62,429 nt of DNA from Bdellovibrionales bacterium (lineage in GTDB: Bacteria > Bdellovibrionota > Bdellovibrionia > Bdellovibrionales > UBA1609): contig SKLV01000116.1 in the NCBI GenBank assembly GCA_007121385.1, positions 1-62,429 of the forward strand, in the 5' to 3' direction. Shown piece by piece: positions 46,993 to 55,651 of this stretch. How positions within the stretch are numbered: position 1 is the stretch's first letter; each line of letters opens with the position of its first letter. The notes below the pieces were generated by a model. It searched no databases, was not told where the DNA came from, and was given only the letters and a program-made list of their open reading frames with translations. The position numbers and the translations under genes are program-made.

Positions 46993-47661
46993 CTAAGGCC
47001 GGTAAATCCAGTGAAGGTTACGACCGGCTTCACTCCCCTGTCGCCGATAGGAGTGCCACAGAGGGCTGGTCAGGGTGTCCACTTCGGAGACCCAAATATT
47101 CTCGGCTGAAAGATGGAGTCCTCGCAGCTGCCATGAAGCCAAATAAGACATATTTAAATAACGCTTTTCTGGATCTTGATGGGTAGCGAGTAGCTGGCCC
47201 TCGTCATAAGCCCTTGACCATTGGTTCATGGACCAAAGAACCTCATTGACCACCTCCAAACCCACCTCAAAACTCGAAAATTGGATATGGGGTCCAATCA
47301 CAGCTTGAGTTTGGCCATCAAAACCAGCCCATTGGGCTGTGGAGAAAAGCAGGCCTTTCACCAAACCTCGCCAGCCCGCATGCAAGGCAAAAATGCGCTC
47401 CCCACTGGACAACATAATGGGCAAGCAATCGGCCGTTTTGACCATCAGCGCCTGCTGACGATGGACTGTCGTCAGGCCATCACAAGAGGGCATCCGCCCT
47501 TCCACTTCTCGAATTTCAGAGCCATGAACCTGATTCATTTCTGCCAGCCGTAGCCCGCCCAAATGACTGGCCAGAGCCAAGCGATCCATCTGAATGTGGC
47601 CAAAACCCACAAAAAAATCTGGGCCGACAAACTCCTCTCCCCAATCGGTCGTCCGAATCAA
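46993..47661 (-). CDS. pgeF: YfiH/PgeF-family (DUF152) purine nucleoside phosphorylase / peptidoglycan editing factor
   Basis: 222 aa with MNQVHGSEI, TADCLPIML and HAGWRGLVKG motifs typical of the family. Confidence 0.85.
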   Translation of the reverse strand: MIRTTDWGEEFVGPDFFVGFGHIQMDRLALASHLGGLRLAEMNQVHGSEIREVEGRMPSCDGLTTVHRQQALMVKTADCLPIMLSSGERIFALHAGWRGLVKGLLFSTAQWAGFDGQTQAVIGPHIQFSSFEVGLEVVNEVLWSMNQWSRAYDEGQLLATHQDPEKRYLNMSYLASWQLRGLHLSAENIWVSEVDTLTSPLWHSYRRQGSEAGRNLHWIYRP

Positions 47662-47677
47662 AACCCTCTGACCTCCA

Positions 47678-49006
47678 CTACAAAATATTGGCCGCCAACT
47701 CAGCCAGCTCCGAGCGCTCCCCTTTTGACAAGGTCACATGTGCTGAAATACTTTGACCTTTAAAGCGCTCCACTGAGTAGGTCAACCCACTACTGGCCGA
47801 ATCCACATAGGGATTATCGATTTGATAACAGTCTCCAGTCAAAACCACTTTGGTGTTTTGCCCGGCTCGAGTGACAATGGTTTTAATTTCGTGAGGGGTG
47901 AGGTTTTGGGCCTCATCCACAATTAAAAACTGGTTGGGAATACTGCGCCCGCGAATGTAAGTCAGTGGCTCAATATTGAGCATTCCCTGGTTGATCAGCT
48001 CCTGAGCCCGTCCCGCTGCCTTTTTGTCGGCCCCCATCAAGAATTCCACATTATCAAAAATTGGCTGCATCCAAGGATTGAGTTTCTGCTCCACATCTCC
48101 AGGCAAGTATCCAATATCCCTCCCCATGGGAAAAATGGGCCGACTTACGAGAAGCCGCTTAAAGGTTCCCTCATCCAGAGTCTTATACAATCCCGCCGCC
48201 AAAGCCATCAAAGTCTTACCTGTCCCCGCCTTTCCAACCAAAGACACAAACAGAATCTCATCATTCAAAAGGCAGTCCAAAGCAAAACTCTGCTCCACAT
48301 TGCGGGGATGAATTCCCCAAATACTCTCGGTCGGACAAATGAGGGGGAGCACTTTTCCATCTCTCTCACTGTAACGGCCTATAGCGCTATGATTGGGGTT
48401 GGTGCGATCCTTCATGATAATGTACTGATTGGCCAGTAGCTTCACTCCCTCTTCCATGGCCAAAGATTTTTCTCTATAAAAACGATCAATGGCTTGAGGG
48501 TCCACCTCCACCTCCTTGAGACCTGTGTACATATCCTCAAAGTGAGTGTCCTCAGGATCGTAATCGTTGGCATCAATACCAAAAACATCGGCCTTAATGC
48601 GAAGATTAATGTCCTTGGTGATCAACTCCACCTGGGCTTTGGGGTACTCCTGCTTGAGGGCGAGGGCTGTGGCCAAAATGCGATTGTCGGCCTTTTGCAA
48701 GTCCAGCTCTTGGGGAAGACCTGTGAAGTGCATATCCGTATTCACATAAAAATAGCTTTGGGTTTTTTCCAATAGAACCCCTTGAGCGAGGGCTCCCTGC
48801 TCTCTGAGGACATCAATAAAGCGACTGAAGTGCCTGGCATTGCGCCCATTCTCCCCCAAGTCTCTCTTAAAGCGATCCACCTCCTCAATCACCGAGAAGG
48901 GGACAAAGATGTCGGCGTCACGAAATTTAGTGATGGCCAGAGCATCAAAGAGAATCACATTGGTGTCGAGGATTATTTTTCGGTCGCAGTGGCTCATAAA
49001 AGTCAT
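47678..49006 (-). CDS. PIN-domain plus PhoH-like ATPase (PhoH2/YlaK family)
   Basis: 442 aa. N-terminal PIN (ILDTNVILFDA...). PhoH domain with Walker A GKAGTGKT and LIVDEAQNLTP. Confidence 0.9.
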   Translation of the reverse strand: MTFMSHCDRKIILDTNVILFDALAITKFRDADIFVPFSVIEEVDRFKRDLGENGRNARHFSRFIDVLREQGALAQGVLLEKTQSYFYVNTDMHFTGLPQELDLQKADNRILATALALKQEYPKAQVELITKDINLRIKADVFGIDANDYDPEDTHFEDMYTGLKEVEVDPQAIDRFYREKSLAMEEGVKLLANQYIIMKDRTNPNHSAIGRYSERDGKVLPLICPTESIWGIHPRNVEQSFALDCLLNDEILFVSLVGKAGTGKTLMALAAGLYKTLDEGTFKRLLVSRPIFPMGRDIGYLPGDVEQKLNPWMQPIFDNVEFLMGADKKAAGRAQELINQGMLNIEPLTYIRGRSIPNQFLIVDEAQNLTPHEIKTIVTRAGQNTKVVLTGDCYQIDNPYVDSASSGLTYSVERFKGQSISAHVTLSKGERSELAELAANIL

Positions 49007-49066
49007 TATAGGCCCTCCTATTGATGACTTTATTCGAGCGCATTCTGCGAAATATGTACATTAAAA

Positions 49067-49642
49067 TCAACGATTCAAGTTGGAGACCATGACATCTCCT
49101 TCATCTGTCTCCAGCGAGGCACTCACTGTCTCAATGAACTTGACAAAGTGGCTCAAAGCCTCCTCATTCACTGTGTCCTTTAGAAAATTCGCCCCGTGCC
49201 TCTGAACCTGTTCAATTTCGTCCCAACGCATATTTTGAATTTTCACCACAAAGGGGAAATAGGTCTTGTGATTGAGGTAGACTCGCATCGCGACTTCCTC
49301 CCCAACAACAAAGTGCCCCATTCCCTCTTCCAAATCAAAGGCCACCCCCTGATCAGAGATGTCGTAGAGGGTGACTCGAATGAGACCCCTTTGAGGAATC
49401 ACCGCAAAAGCACCAATAAACTCTGTGAGTATGGTCCGCTTCACCTGACGGCGTTCATCGGAGAGCATCTCTTGTCGACGCTCACTCATATCGACTACGG
49501 GGGCGGCTTGAGAAGAAAGCGACTTTTTGCTAGAAGGGCGGCCCGGTCCCGCGGAGCCCGAGGTCTTTGCCTTGGTCGACCGAGAGGGGTGAATGCGCTC
49601 CCGAGAGAATAGGTCAATCACATTACTTTTGGATTTACTCAT
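49067..49642 (-). CDS. PilZ-domain protein (canonical c-di-GMP binding motifs)
   Basis: 191 aa. Basic/Ser-rich N-terminus, RRQVKR (RRxxxR) followed about 25 residues later by DISDQG (DxSxxG). Confidence 0.75.
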   Translation of the reverse strand: MSKSKSNVIDLFSRERIHPSRSTKAKTSGSAGPGRPSSKKSLSSQAAPVVDMSERRQEMLSDERRQVKRTILTEFIGAFAVIPQRGLIRVTLYDISDQGVAFDLEEGMGHFVVGEEVAMRVYLNHKTYFPFVVKIQNMRWDEIEQVQRHGANFLKDTVNEEALSHFVKFIETVSASLETDEGDVMVSNLNR

Positions 49643-49801
49643 CCTTTTACCTCCCCCTGAAAGACATCTTCTCTATCGGCAGCTTTTGTCTCAGCTTTAG
49701 CCATTTTTTTATGCACTACATTAAGTATTTGTTTTTTATACTTTTTTAAAAATATGAATTCTTGTGGCCGAGGATTCCTAGGAGGACTATAGTGGCGGTC
49801 T

Positions 49802-50623
49802 ATGAGGTGGGATCATCGCCAAGACCTGCGTTTTGGGGCTCTTATTTTAAGTCTGAGTTTTCACGGACTCTTTATCCTGGGGCTCCTTCAGGCTCCCTTT
49901 AAGCTGACCGCTCCGAAGGGAGAGGTGGTCCCCCTAGAGGTCCAGTGGGTGGAGACTCCGCGCCCTGAAGAATCTCGCCGCCTGGTGGTGGACACCCCCG
50001 AGGTCCAAGAGCCCCCTCTCCCCCCTGAAGACCTCGCCAGGGCCATGCTAAAAGAAGCTCGACACCTCTCTCGTCTCAGTCAAAGAGTGAGAGAGGAGCT
50101 CAGTGCGCCCCTGCACCCCCCTCCCTCTCGCCCACGCCCCCGGGCTGAGGATTCAAGTCCGAGCGGAGATCAACGCCTCCGCTTTGCCGGAGAAGCCCGC
50201 TTCTCCACTTCAGTTGGAGAGTTTGTTCCTGGCCTTCAAGAGGGACACTTTACAGCCTTGAACACCGATCAATTTTTATATTACAGCTTTTTCAAGCGGA
50301 TCAATGAGCAGATCCGCAACCGCTGGGTGCCTCGGCTGCGCCAAGCCACCCAAACACTTCCCGCAGACTTGGCTGGGTCCCCAAGGGCTCAGCGCCTGGT
50401 TTCCGAAATTGAAGTCCTCCTGAGCCCCGAGGGTGAGTTAGAAGAGATCACTCTCTTGCGTAGCTCTGGCTTGCGCCAAGTGGACTTGGCCGCCGTCCAT
50501 GCCATTCACAATAGCGCCCCTTTTAAAAACCCTCCTGAAGAAATGGTCAAGGAAGATGGCTATATTCGCTTAAGTTATCAGTTTGTCCTCATCTTTAGCC
50601 CGGTCTTAGCTATAGGGCCTTGA
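49802..50623 (+). CDS. TonB-family protein (TM anchor, Pro-rich linker, TonB_C-like domain)
   Basis: 273 aa. TM LILSLSFHGLFILGLL, a proline-rich stretch (PEVQEPPLPPEDL...PLHPPPSRPRPR), and C-terminus GELEEITLLRSSGLRQVDLAAVHAIHNSAPFKNPP. Confidence 0.7.
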   Translation: MRWDHRQDLRFGALILSLSFHGLFILGLLQAPFKLTAPKGEVVPLEVQWVETPRPEESRRLVVDTPEVQEPPLPPEDLARAMLKEARHLSRLSQRVREELSAPLHPPPSRPRPRAEDSSPSGDQRLRFAGEARFSTSVGEFVPGLQEGHFTALNTDQFLYYSFFKRINEQIRNRWVPRLRQATQTLPADLAGSPRAQRLVSEIEVLLSPEGELEEITLLRSSGLRQVDLAAVHAIHNSAPFKNPPEEMVKEDGYIRLSYQFVLIFSPVLAIGP

Positions 50624-50687
50624 CCAAAATCCGGCTCCTGATCAAGTCTCCTGCCCAGCCTCGATCAAACCTGTTAGTCTATTTCTT

Positions 50688-51287
50688 ATGAGAAAGCTTC
50701 CATACCTGAGCCAGTACTTGGGCCGAGCCATCCTCCTTATTCTTTTACCCCTGAGTTTAAGCCCCCTCCCCCTACTGGCTCAGTCCTATTTTGAAGTGGG
50801 ACTGACTGCCAATTATCGACGCTCCTCCATTGACACAGAAAACTGGCAGGAAACCCTCTCTTACACAGGCTCAGTGTCCTACTATTTTTGGCAAATGTCC
50901 GCTCTTGAGCTGAGCTACACCCAGGGTCTCTCCGAGTTGAGCGTGAAAGCCACAGATAGTCTTAAAATGATCACCACTAACTTCTTTTCCATGACCGGCT
51001 TAGATTTAGTGATCAGCTTTGCAGATCGGCGAGCCCCTTTTCAGCCCTACGTCAAATTGGGGGCCGCCTACATGAGCAAAACCATTCGCCGCCAGACAGA
51101 GGGCTTCAACTCCACCTTGATTGCAGAGACTTCTGGTCTTGTTCCCAGTGCAGGGCTTGGCTTTCGTATTTTGATCACAGAGACCCTATCCCTCCGAGTT
51201 GGCCTGGACAGTTGGACCAATCCCCTCAACGAAAGCCCCCTTATTTTTGACTATGCGGGACGAGCAGGGATTTCATGGATGTTCTAA
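50688..51287 (+). CDS. Small outer-membrane beta-barrel protein
   Basis: 199 aa. Signal peptide ending LLAQS, alternating beta-strand pattern, and a C-terminal aromatic residue (GISWMF). Confidence 0.65.
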   Translation: MRKLPYLSQYLGRAILLILLPLSLSPLPLLAQSYFEVGLTANYRRSSIDTENWQETLSYTGSVSYYFWQMSALELSYTQGLSELSVKATDSLKMITTNFFSMTGLDLVISFADRRAPFQPYVKLGAAYMSKTIRRQTEGFNSTLIAETSGLVPSAGLGFRILITETLSLRVGLDSWTNPLNESPLIFDYAGRAGISWMF

Positions 51288-52354
51288 AACGATTGACCTT
51301 GGCCACTTTGGCCTTGGGACTTCTGACGGGCTGTCAGATCAGTTATTATCTCAATAGCGCCTACCACCAGGGACAGCTGCTTCGCGCCCGAGTTCCCCTC
51401 GAAAAGGCCCTGGCTCAACCGGACCTCTCTCCAGAGACCCGTCACAAACTCCTGCTGGCCCAATCGGCTCGAGTTTTTGCAGAAGAGGAACTGGGGCTTG
51501 TCCATAGCCAAAACTACACCAGTTTTGTCCAGCTGGATCGCCCTTATGTTTCCTATATTGTACACGCCGCGCCCAAACACAAACTGGAGCATCATCTTTG
51601 GCGCTTTCCCATTGTAGGATCCCTGCCTTACAAAGGCTATTTTCGTAAACCCCAGGCTTTAGCCGAAGCTGCAAGAATGGAAAGAAGAAACTTTGACACC
51701 TTTGTCCGGGGAGTGAGTGCCTACAGCACCTTGGGGTGGTTCAATGATCCCATTTTGAGCAGTATGCTTCATAGCTCTGATCACAGACTCGTCAACCTTA
51801 TTATCCATGAGACAGTTCACGCCACTATTTTTATTAAAAGTCAGGCCGATTTTAATGAAAGGTTGGCTACATTTTTGGGGGACCTGGGCACGGAAATGTA
51901 CTATCGCCAGCTTGAAGGAGAGGATTCCCCCACGCTGAAACAGATTGCCGCTGAAAATCGAGATCAAATGCTCTTTTCAGATTTCATTTCCCAAGAAATT
52001 CGCGCTCTCCGTCAATGGTACAGTGATGTAGATGAAAAAACGGCCTTGGCAAATAGAGAAACAAAGTTGAGCGCAATTCAAAAGCGCTTTCGCCAAGACA
52101 TTCAACCTCAACTGGAAACAAGATCTTACGCCCAGCTGGCCACGACACCCCTCAACAACGCACTTCTTCTTAGCTATCAGACCTACTATGAAAACTTAGA
52201 TGATTTTCAGACCCTTTTTGATCTGATGGACCGGAATTTAAAACAATTTATCGATTTTTTTAAGAGCATTGAATCCGACCCTCAACCCCAAGCTCGATTG
52301 GAGGAGAAGATTTTACTGCTGAGCTCGACTCCTGCTGATCCAGAGCCATCATGA
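51275..52354 (+). CDS. Lipoprotein, putative zinc aminopeptidase (HExxH)
   Basis: 359 aa. Lipobox LLTGC and zinc motif IIHETVHATIF. Overlaps the upstream barrel gene by 13 nt. Confidence 0.7.
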   Translation: MDVLKRLTLATLALGLLTGCQISYYLNSAYHQGQLLRARVPLEKALAQPDLSPETRHKLLLAQSARVFAEEELGLVHSQNYTSFVQLDRPYVSYIVHAAPKHKLEHHLWRFPIVGSLPYKGYFRKPQALAEAARMERRNFDTFVRGVSAYSTLGWFNDPILSSMLHSSDHRLVNLIIHETVHATIFIKSQADFNERLATFLGDLGTEMYYRQLEGEDSPTLKQIAAENRDQMLFSDFISQEIRALRQWYSDVDEKTALANRETKLSAIQKRFRQDIQPQLETRSYAQLATTPLNNALLLSYQTYYENLDDFQTLFDLMDRNLKQFIDFFKSIESDPQPQARLEEKILLLSSTPADPEPS

Positions 52355-52583
52355 TCTTTTCTTGAAGAGTACACCAATCGCTAGCCTGCCAAGTCACTTG
52401 CCCCCAATCACTTTCAGCTACAGCTTTTTTAAGCTCCACATACTCTCTCAGCTTCTCTTGATCTGCTGGCGAGTGCTTCAAAAGCCACTCCACATCGCTC
52501 ATGATGGACGGGTCCAACTCCCCCTCCATAAAGTCAATCCACCAGCCATCTCCATCTCTTTCACTTTCATTTTGCTCTTTCAT
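52260..52583 (-). CDS. Putative soluble anti-sigma factor (no TM, no zinc motif)
   Basis: 107 aa. ATG 1 nt after the sigma-factor stop. N-terminal helix pattern FMEGELDPSIMSDVEWLLKHSPADQEKLREYVELKKAV resembles anti-sigma domains, but the HxxxCxxC ligands are absent. Confidence 0.5.
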   Translation of the reverse strand: MKEQNESERDGDGWWIDFMEGELDPSIMSDVEWLLKHSPADQEKLREYVELKKAVAESDWGQVTWQASDWCTLQEKIMMALDQQESSSAVKSSPPIELGVEGRIQCS

Positions 52584-52584
52584 T

Positions 52585-53163
52585 TCAGTCTGCCTCCATT
52601 AAATATGTTTCCCAGCCTGTTTGGGGCTGGGCTGCGTCCTCTTTTAAAATTCTGTCCTTCAGCTTCATCAATCCATGCCGATAGTTGGCTTTGGCCGTAT
52701 CGTAAGGACAACCCATGATTTCAGCAATTTCACGAAAACTCAGGTCGTCAAAGATTCTCATGGTCAAAGCCATTTTCTGTCGCTCTGGGAGCAACTCCAC
52801 CTGAGCTCCAATGAACTTACGCAGGTCGCTCTGCATAAGTCCTGACTCAGCCTGATCTGGTACGGCCAATTCATGATGCTCCAACCCCAGACTTTCCCTG
52901 CCTGCGCTGCGAAGACGATTTCTGGCTGAATTGAGAGTGATTTGGTAAAGCCAACTGCGAAAGGAGGACCGACCTTCAAAAAGATCCAGTTTTTGGTATG
53001 CTTTTAAAAAACTTTCTTGCACCACATCCTCCGCCTGAGGCAGGTCCCGAGTGACTCGGAGAGCTAGCCTCAGCATGGTCTTTTGGTGGCGACAAACCAG
53101 CTCTGAGAAAGCCGCCCTGTGCCCCTCTTTGACCTCACTGATCAGTTCCTGATCTGTTTTCAT
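52585..53163 (-). CDS. ECF (RpoE-like) sigma-70 family sigma factor
   Basis: 192 aa. Region 2 (AEDVVQESFLKAYQKLDLFEGRSSFRSWLYQITLN) and region 4 (LSFREIAEIMGCPYDTAKANYRHGLMKL). Confidence 0.9.
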   Translation of the reverse strand: MKTDQELISEVKEGHRAAFSELVCRHQKTMLRLALRVTRDLPQAEDVVQESFLKAYQKLDLFEGRSSFRSWLYQITLNSARNRLRSAGRESLGLEHHELAVPDQAESGLMQSDLRKFIGAQVELLPERQKMALTMRIFDDLSFREIAEIMGCPYDTAKANYRHGLMKLKDRILKEDAAQPQTGWETYLMEAD

Positions 53164-53310
53164 CCCCTATTCAGCTCCTTGTTGAGACTGGCCAAAAGGC
53201 CAAGCCGGTTAAAAAAATTTGGGAATGTTGAGGTCTCGAGAAGAACAGCATCCCTGGGGTTGGACCAAAGCAATGAACAAGCCAACTTTTATGGTGTCGA
53301 TTTGTCTCCA

Positions 53311-53331
53311 AAAGCCCACGAACAGGGCTTT
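53311..53331 (-). terminator. Weak candidate terminator hairpin downstream of the FHA-GGDEF gene
   Basis: The minus strand reads AAAGCCC-TGTTCGT-GGGCTTT followed by TGG: a 7-bp stem with only a 4-U run including the stem. It lies 112 nt after the stop. Confidence 0.3.
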
Positions 53332-53442
53332 AAGGTCCTTATTGTGATTTTTTCTAGAAAATCTGGTGCCAAATTGCCCCTAGCGGGACCATCAGTCCCC
53401 TCCTCAGCTCATGGCCTGGAAGGCACTCTTTTCCTGGGCACC

Positions 53443-54375
53443 TTAGGGCGAGTCTACAGTCACCTTGTTTCGACCGGAGTTTTTAGACTGATAGAGAGCT
53501 TTATCGGCTCTTTCATAGACTTCCACCCAGCTTTGATCCTGATCTGTCTTCAAGGAAACTCCAATGGAAATAGTGATGGGAATCTCCTTTCCTTCAAAGA
53601 CAAAGCTATGATTTTGAATGGTTTGCCGAATCCGCTCGGCCACATCAGCGGCCGTTTGAATATTGGAGCCTAAGAGCAAGAGCGTGAACTCCTCCCCCCC
53701 CGTTCGGGCAAAAAAGTCATTTTCTCGAATAAGCTTATCCCTCACCACAGAGGCAATCTCTTTGAGAATATGGTCGCCGGCCAAATGCCCATAGGTGTCG
53801 TTAACTGGCTTGAAGTGGTCAATATCAAAAGTAATTAAACTCAAAGGAATTCCCAAAAGATCGGAGCGTTTAAAAAGTTCAGGCGCTCGACTTTCCAAGG
53901 CTCCTCGATTGGCAATTCCCGTAAGAGCATCCGTCTGACTGCGATCAAAGGTCTGCGCAGTGGAGACAGTCTCAATATTTCCCCTCTCTAAAAACTTAAA
54001 AATGACATTTCCCGTTTTAATCTGGTCATTGTTAGTGAGCTTGATGGGATTGAGAGGTTCCGCCATTCTTCCATTCACCACCGTCCGATTGGTGGACTCG
54101 AGATCAATGATGGACACATCTCCTCCGCTCAAAACAATTTTTGCATGGGATTTGCTCACACTGCGGTCATCCACAAAAATGTGGCTACTGGGAGCTCTTC
54201 CAAGAACTCGGTCTGTGTCCTCTATAGGCCACTGTCGGCCCACCAACTGAGCCGGGCCCACGAGTAAGATAAAACAAGGCGGAGCCTGTCCTGCCTCTGC
54301 CAGGCGCAGCTTAAAGGTCTCACTTTGGACAATACTGGTCTTTTCAGAAAAATCTTCGTCTTGTTCGTCAGCCAT
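53443..54375 (-). CDS. FHA-GGDEF diguanylate cyclase (Bdellovibrio DgcB-like architecture)
   Basis: 310 aa. FHA (GRAPSSHIFVDDRSVSKSHAKIVL...IIDLESTNRTVVNG). Active-site GGEEF preceded by I-site REND (RxxD) 5 residues upstream. Confidence 0.9.
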   Translation of the reverse strand: MADEQDEDFSEKTSIVQSETFKLRLAEAGQAPPCFILLVGPAQLVGRQWPIEDTDRVLGRAPSSHIFVDDRSVSKSHAKIVLSGGDVSIIDLESTNRTVVNGRMAEPLNPIKLTNNDQIKTGNVIFKFLERGNIETVSTAQTFDRSQTDALTGIANRGALESRAPELFKRSDLLGIPLSLITFDIDHFKPVNDTYGHLAGDHILKEIASVVRDKLIRENDFFARTGGEEFTLLLLGSNIQTAADVAERIRQTIQNHSFVFEGKEIPITISIGVSLKTDQDQSWVEVYERADKALYQSKNSGRNKVTVDSP

Positions 54376-54405
54376 TAGAATTAAATTGTATAATTGTCCC
54401 CAACT

Positions 54406-55644
54406 TCACACAACCGACTTTGATAAAATTTGTCGAACAATCTTTTTCCCCGCCTCCACCCCAGGCTGGTCAAAAGCATTGATATCCAGAGCCTCCCCCA
54501 AAGCCCCCACCACCAACTCCATCACTGAAACATAGGCCCCAAAACTTCTCTCCGACCTCTCCTCCAAACTCAGGTGTAGACTCTCCACCCCCGCCTCCTC
54601 CAAGGCTCTCTGGGTCGCTTGCCTTTCCGCCGCCAAAATCTGGCCCAAAGACTGGCCCCCCAAAGGCCAACCCCAGTCAAAGCTTGATTCCTCAATGTGG
54701 GGTCCTGCCCCACCCTCCTCCATAAGCTTTGAACTTAAAAACCAGACAAACTTATCTCTTTCTCCCTCCATCAACTGCTGCAAAAGAGAGTGCTGGTCTT
54801 GAGCCCCCTTTAAAACAAAGGGACTGCTCACTCGCGGAGCTTTCCCTTGATGGCGCCCCTGGCTCTTGGCCAAGGACTCTGACCAAAGCTGTTGCCACCA
54901 GCCAGACGCTTCCAACAAAGCCTGATCATAGCACCACATCAAAGTGATCCACTCGCCCCGCAGAAAGCTGTCCAAACTGAGGGCCACCAAACGATGAACA
55001 AGGTCCTCTTGCTGATGAGCCCAGAGAGCCCCTTCTCTTAAGGCCCCCAGATCCCACCCCAAAAGCGCCGCTGGCAGCAAGCCCACCGGAGACAACACTG
55101 AAAAACGCCCTCCCACATCGCTGGGGATGGGCAGTTGATAAATCTGTTTTTCTTGCGCCCACAGCCCCAAGGGACTCTCCTGTTGATCCAAAATCACTGT
55201 GCTGTGGGAAGCCAAATCCAGGCCCTGCTGCCGATAAAGCTGAGACACCACCTGCAGAAGACTGATCGTCTCTAAGGTAGTTCCACTTTTAGAAATCCAC
55301 AGCCAGTGAGTTTGCCTTAGGTCTTTGATTCGCCCCATTTCAAGAGCAAAGGAGCTGGGATCTGGAGAATCAAAAAAGAGCAATTCTGAGGAGCTCTCCT
55401 TCCAAGAGGCCATGGCTCGAGACCCCAAACTTGAGCCCCCAATTCCACACACACAAAACTGTCGAGCCCTTGCAAGAATTTGATCTCGATGCTGCAGAGA
55501 TTTGTCCCACAGTTTACTGCGGTGGGGCAAATGCAAGAAGCCCAGGTCATCCCTCTGTCGCAGAGCCTTCAGGCCCATCTCGGCTTTAACCATTGCCTCT
55601 GGGCTGGGGGCCAAAGAGCTGAACTCCAATTTCAGCATACTCAC
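54406..55644 (-). CDS. pgi: Glucose-6-phosphate isomerase (short type)
   Basis: 412 aa with CGIGGSSLG and the PGI signature SDVGGRFSVLSPVG. Confidence 0.85.
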   Translation of the reverse strand: MSMLKLEFSSLAPSPEAMVKAEMGLKALRQRDDLGFLHLPHRSKLWDKSLQHRDQILARARQFCVCGIGGSSLGSRAMASWKESSSELLFFDSPDPSSFALEMGRIKDLRQTHWLWISKSGTTLETISLLQVVSQLYRQQGLDLASHSTVILDQQESPLGLWAQEKQIYQLPIPSDVGGRFSVLSPVGLLPAALLGWDLGALREGALWAHQQEDLVHRLVALSLDSFLRGEWITLMWCYDQALLEASGWWQQLWSESLAKSQGRHQGKAPRVSSPFVLKGAQDQHSLLQQLMEGERDKFVWFLSSKLMEEGGAGPHIEESSFDWGWPLGGQSLGQILAAERQATQRALEEAGVESLHLSLEERSERSFGAYVSVMELVVGALGEALDINAFDQPGVEAGKKIVRQILSKSVV

Positions 55645-55651
55645 CTCACTC

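Noticed and set aside
47678-49006. The PIN-PhoH protein as a toxin of a toxin-antitoxin or defence system
   Set aside because: The PIN-PhoH2/YlaK fusion is a widespread conserved family. There is no small upstream antitoxin ORF, and the neighbours are housekeeping (pgeF) or signalling (PilZ) genes.
53190-53204. TGGCC-N-TTGGCC resembling a sigma-54 -24/-12 promoter in front of the ECF sigma gene
   Set aside because: The GG-to-GC spacing does not fit the 12-nt register of TGGCAC-N5-TTGC. It is better described as a small GGCC-AAAA-GGCC palindrome.
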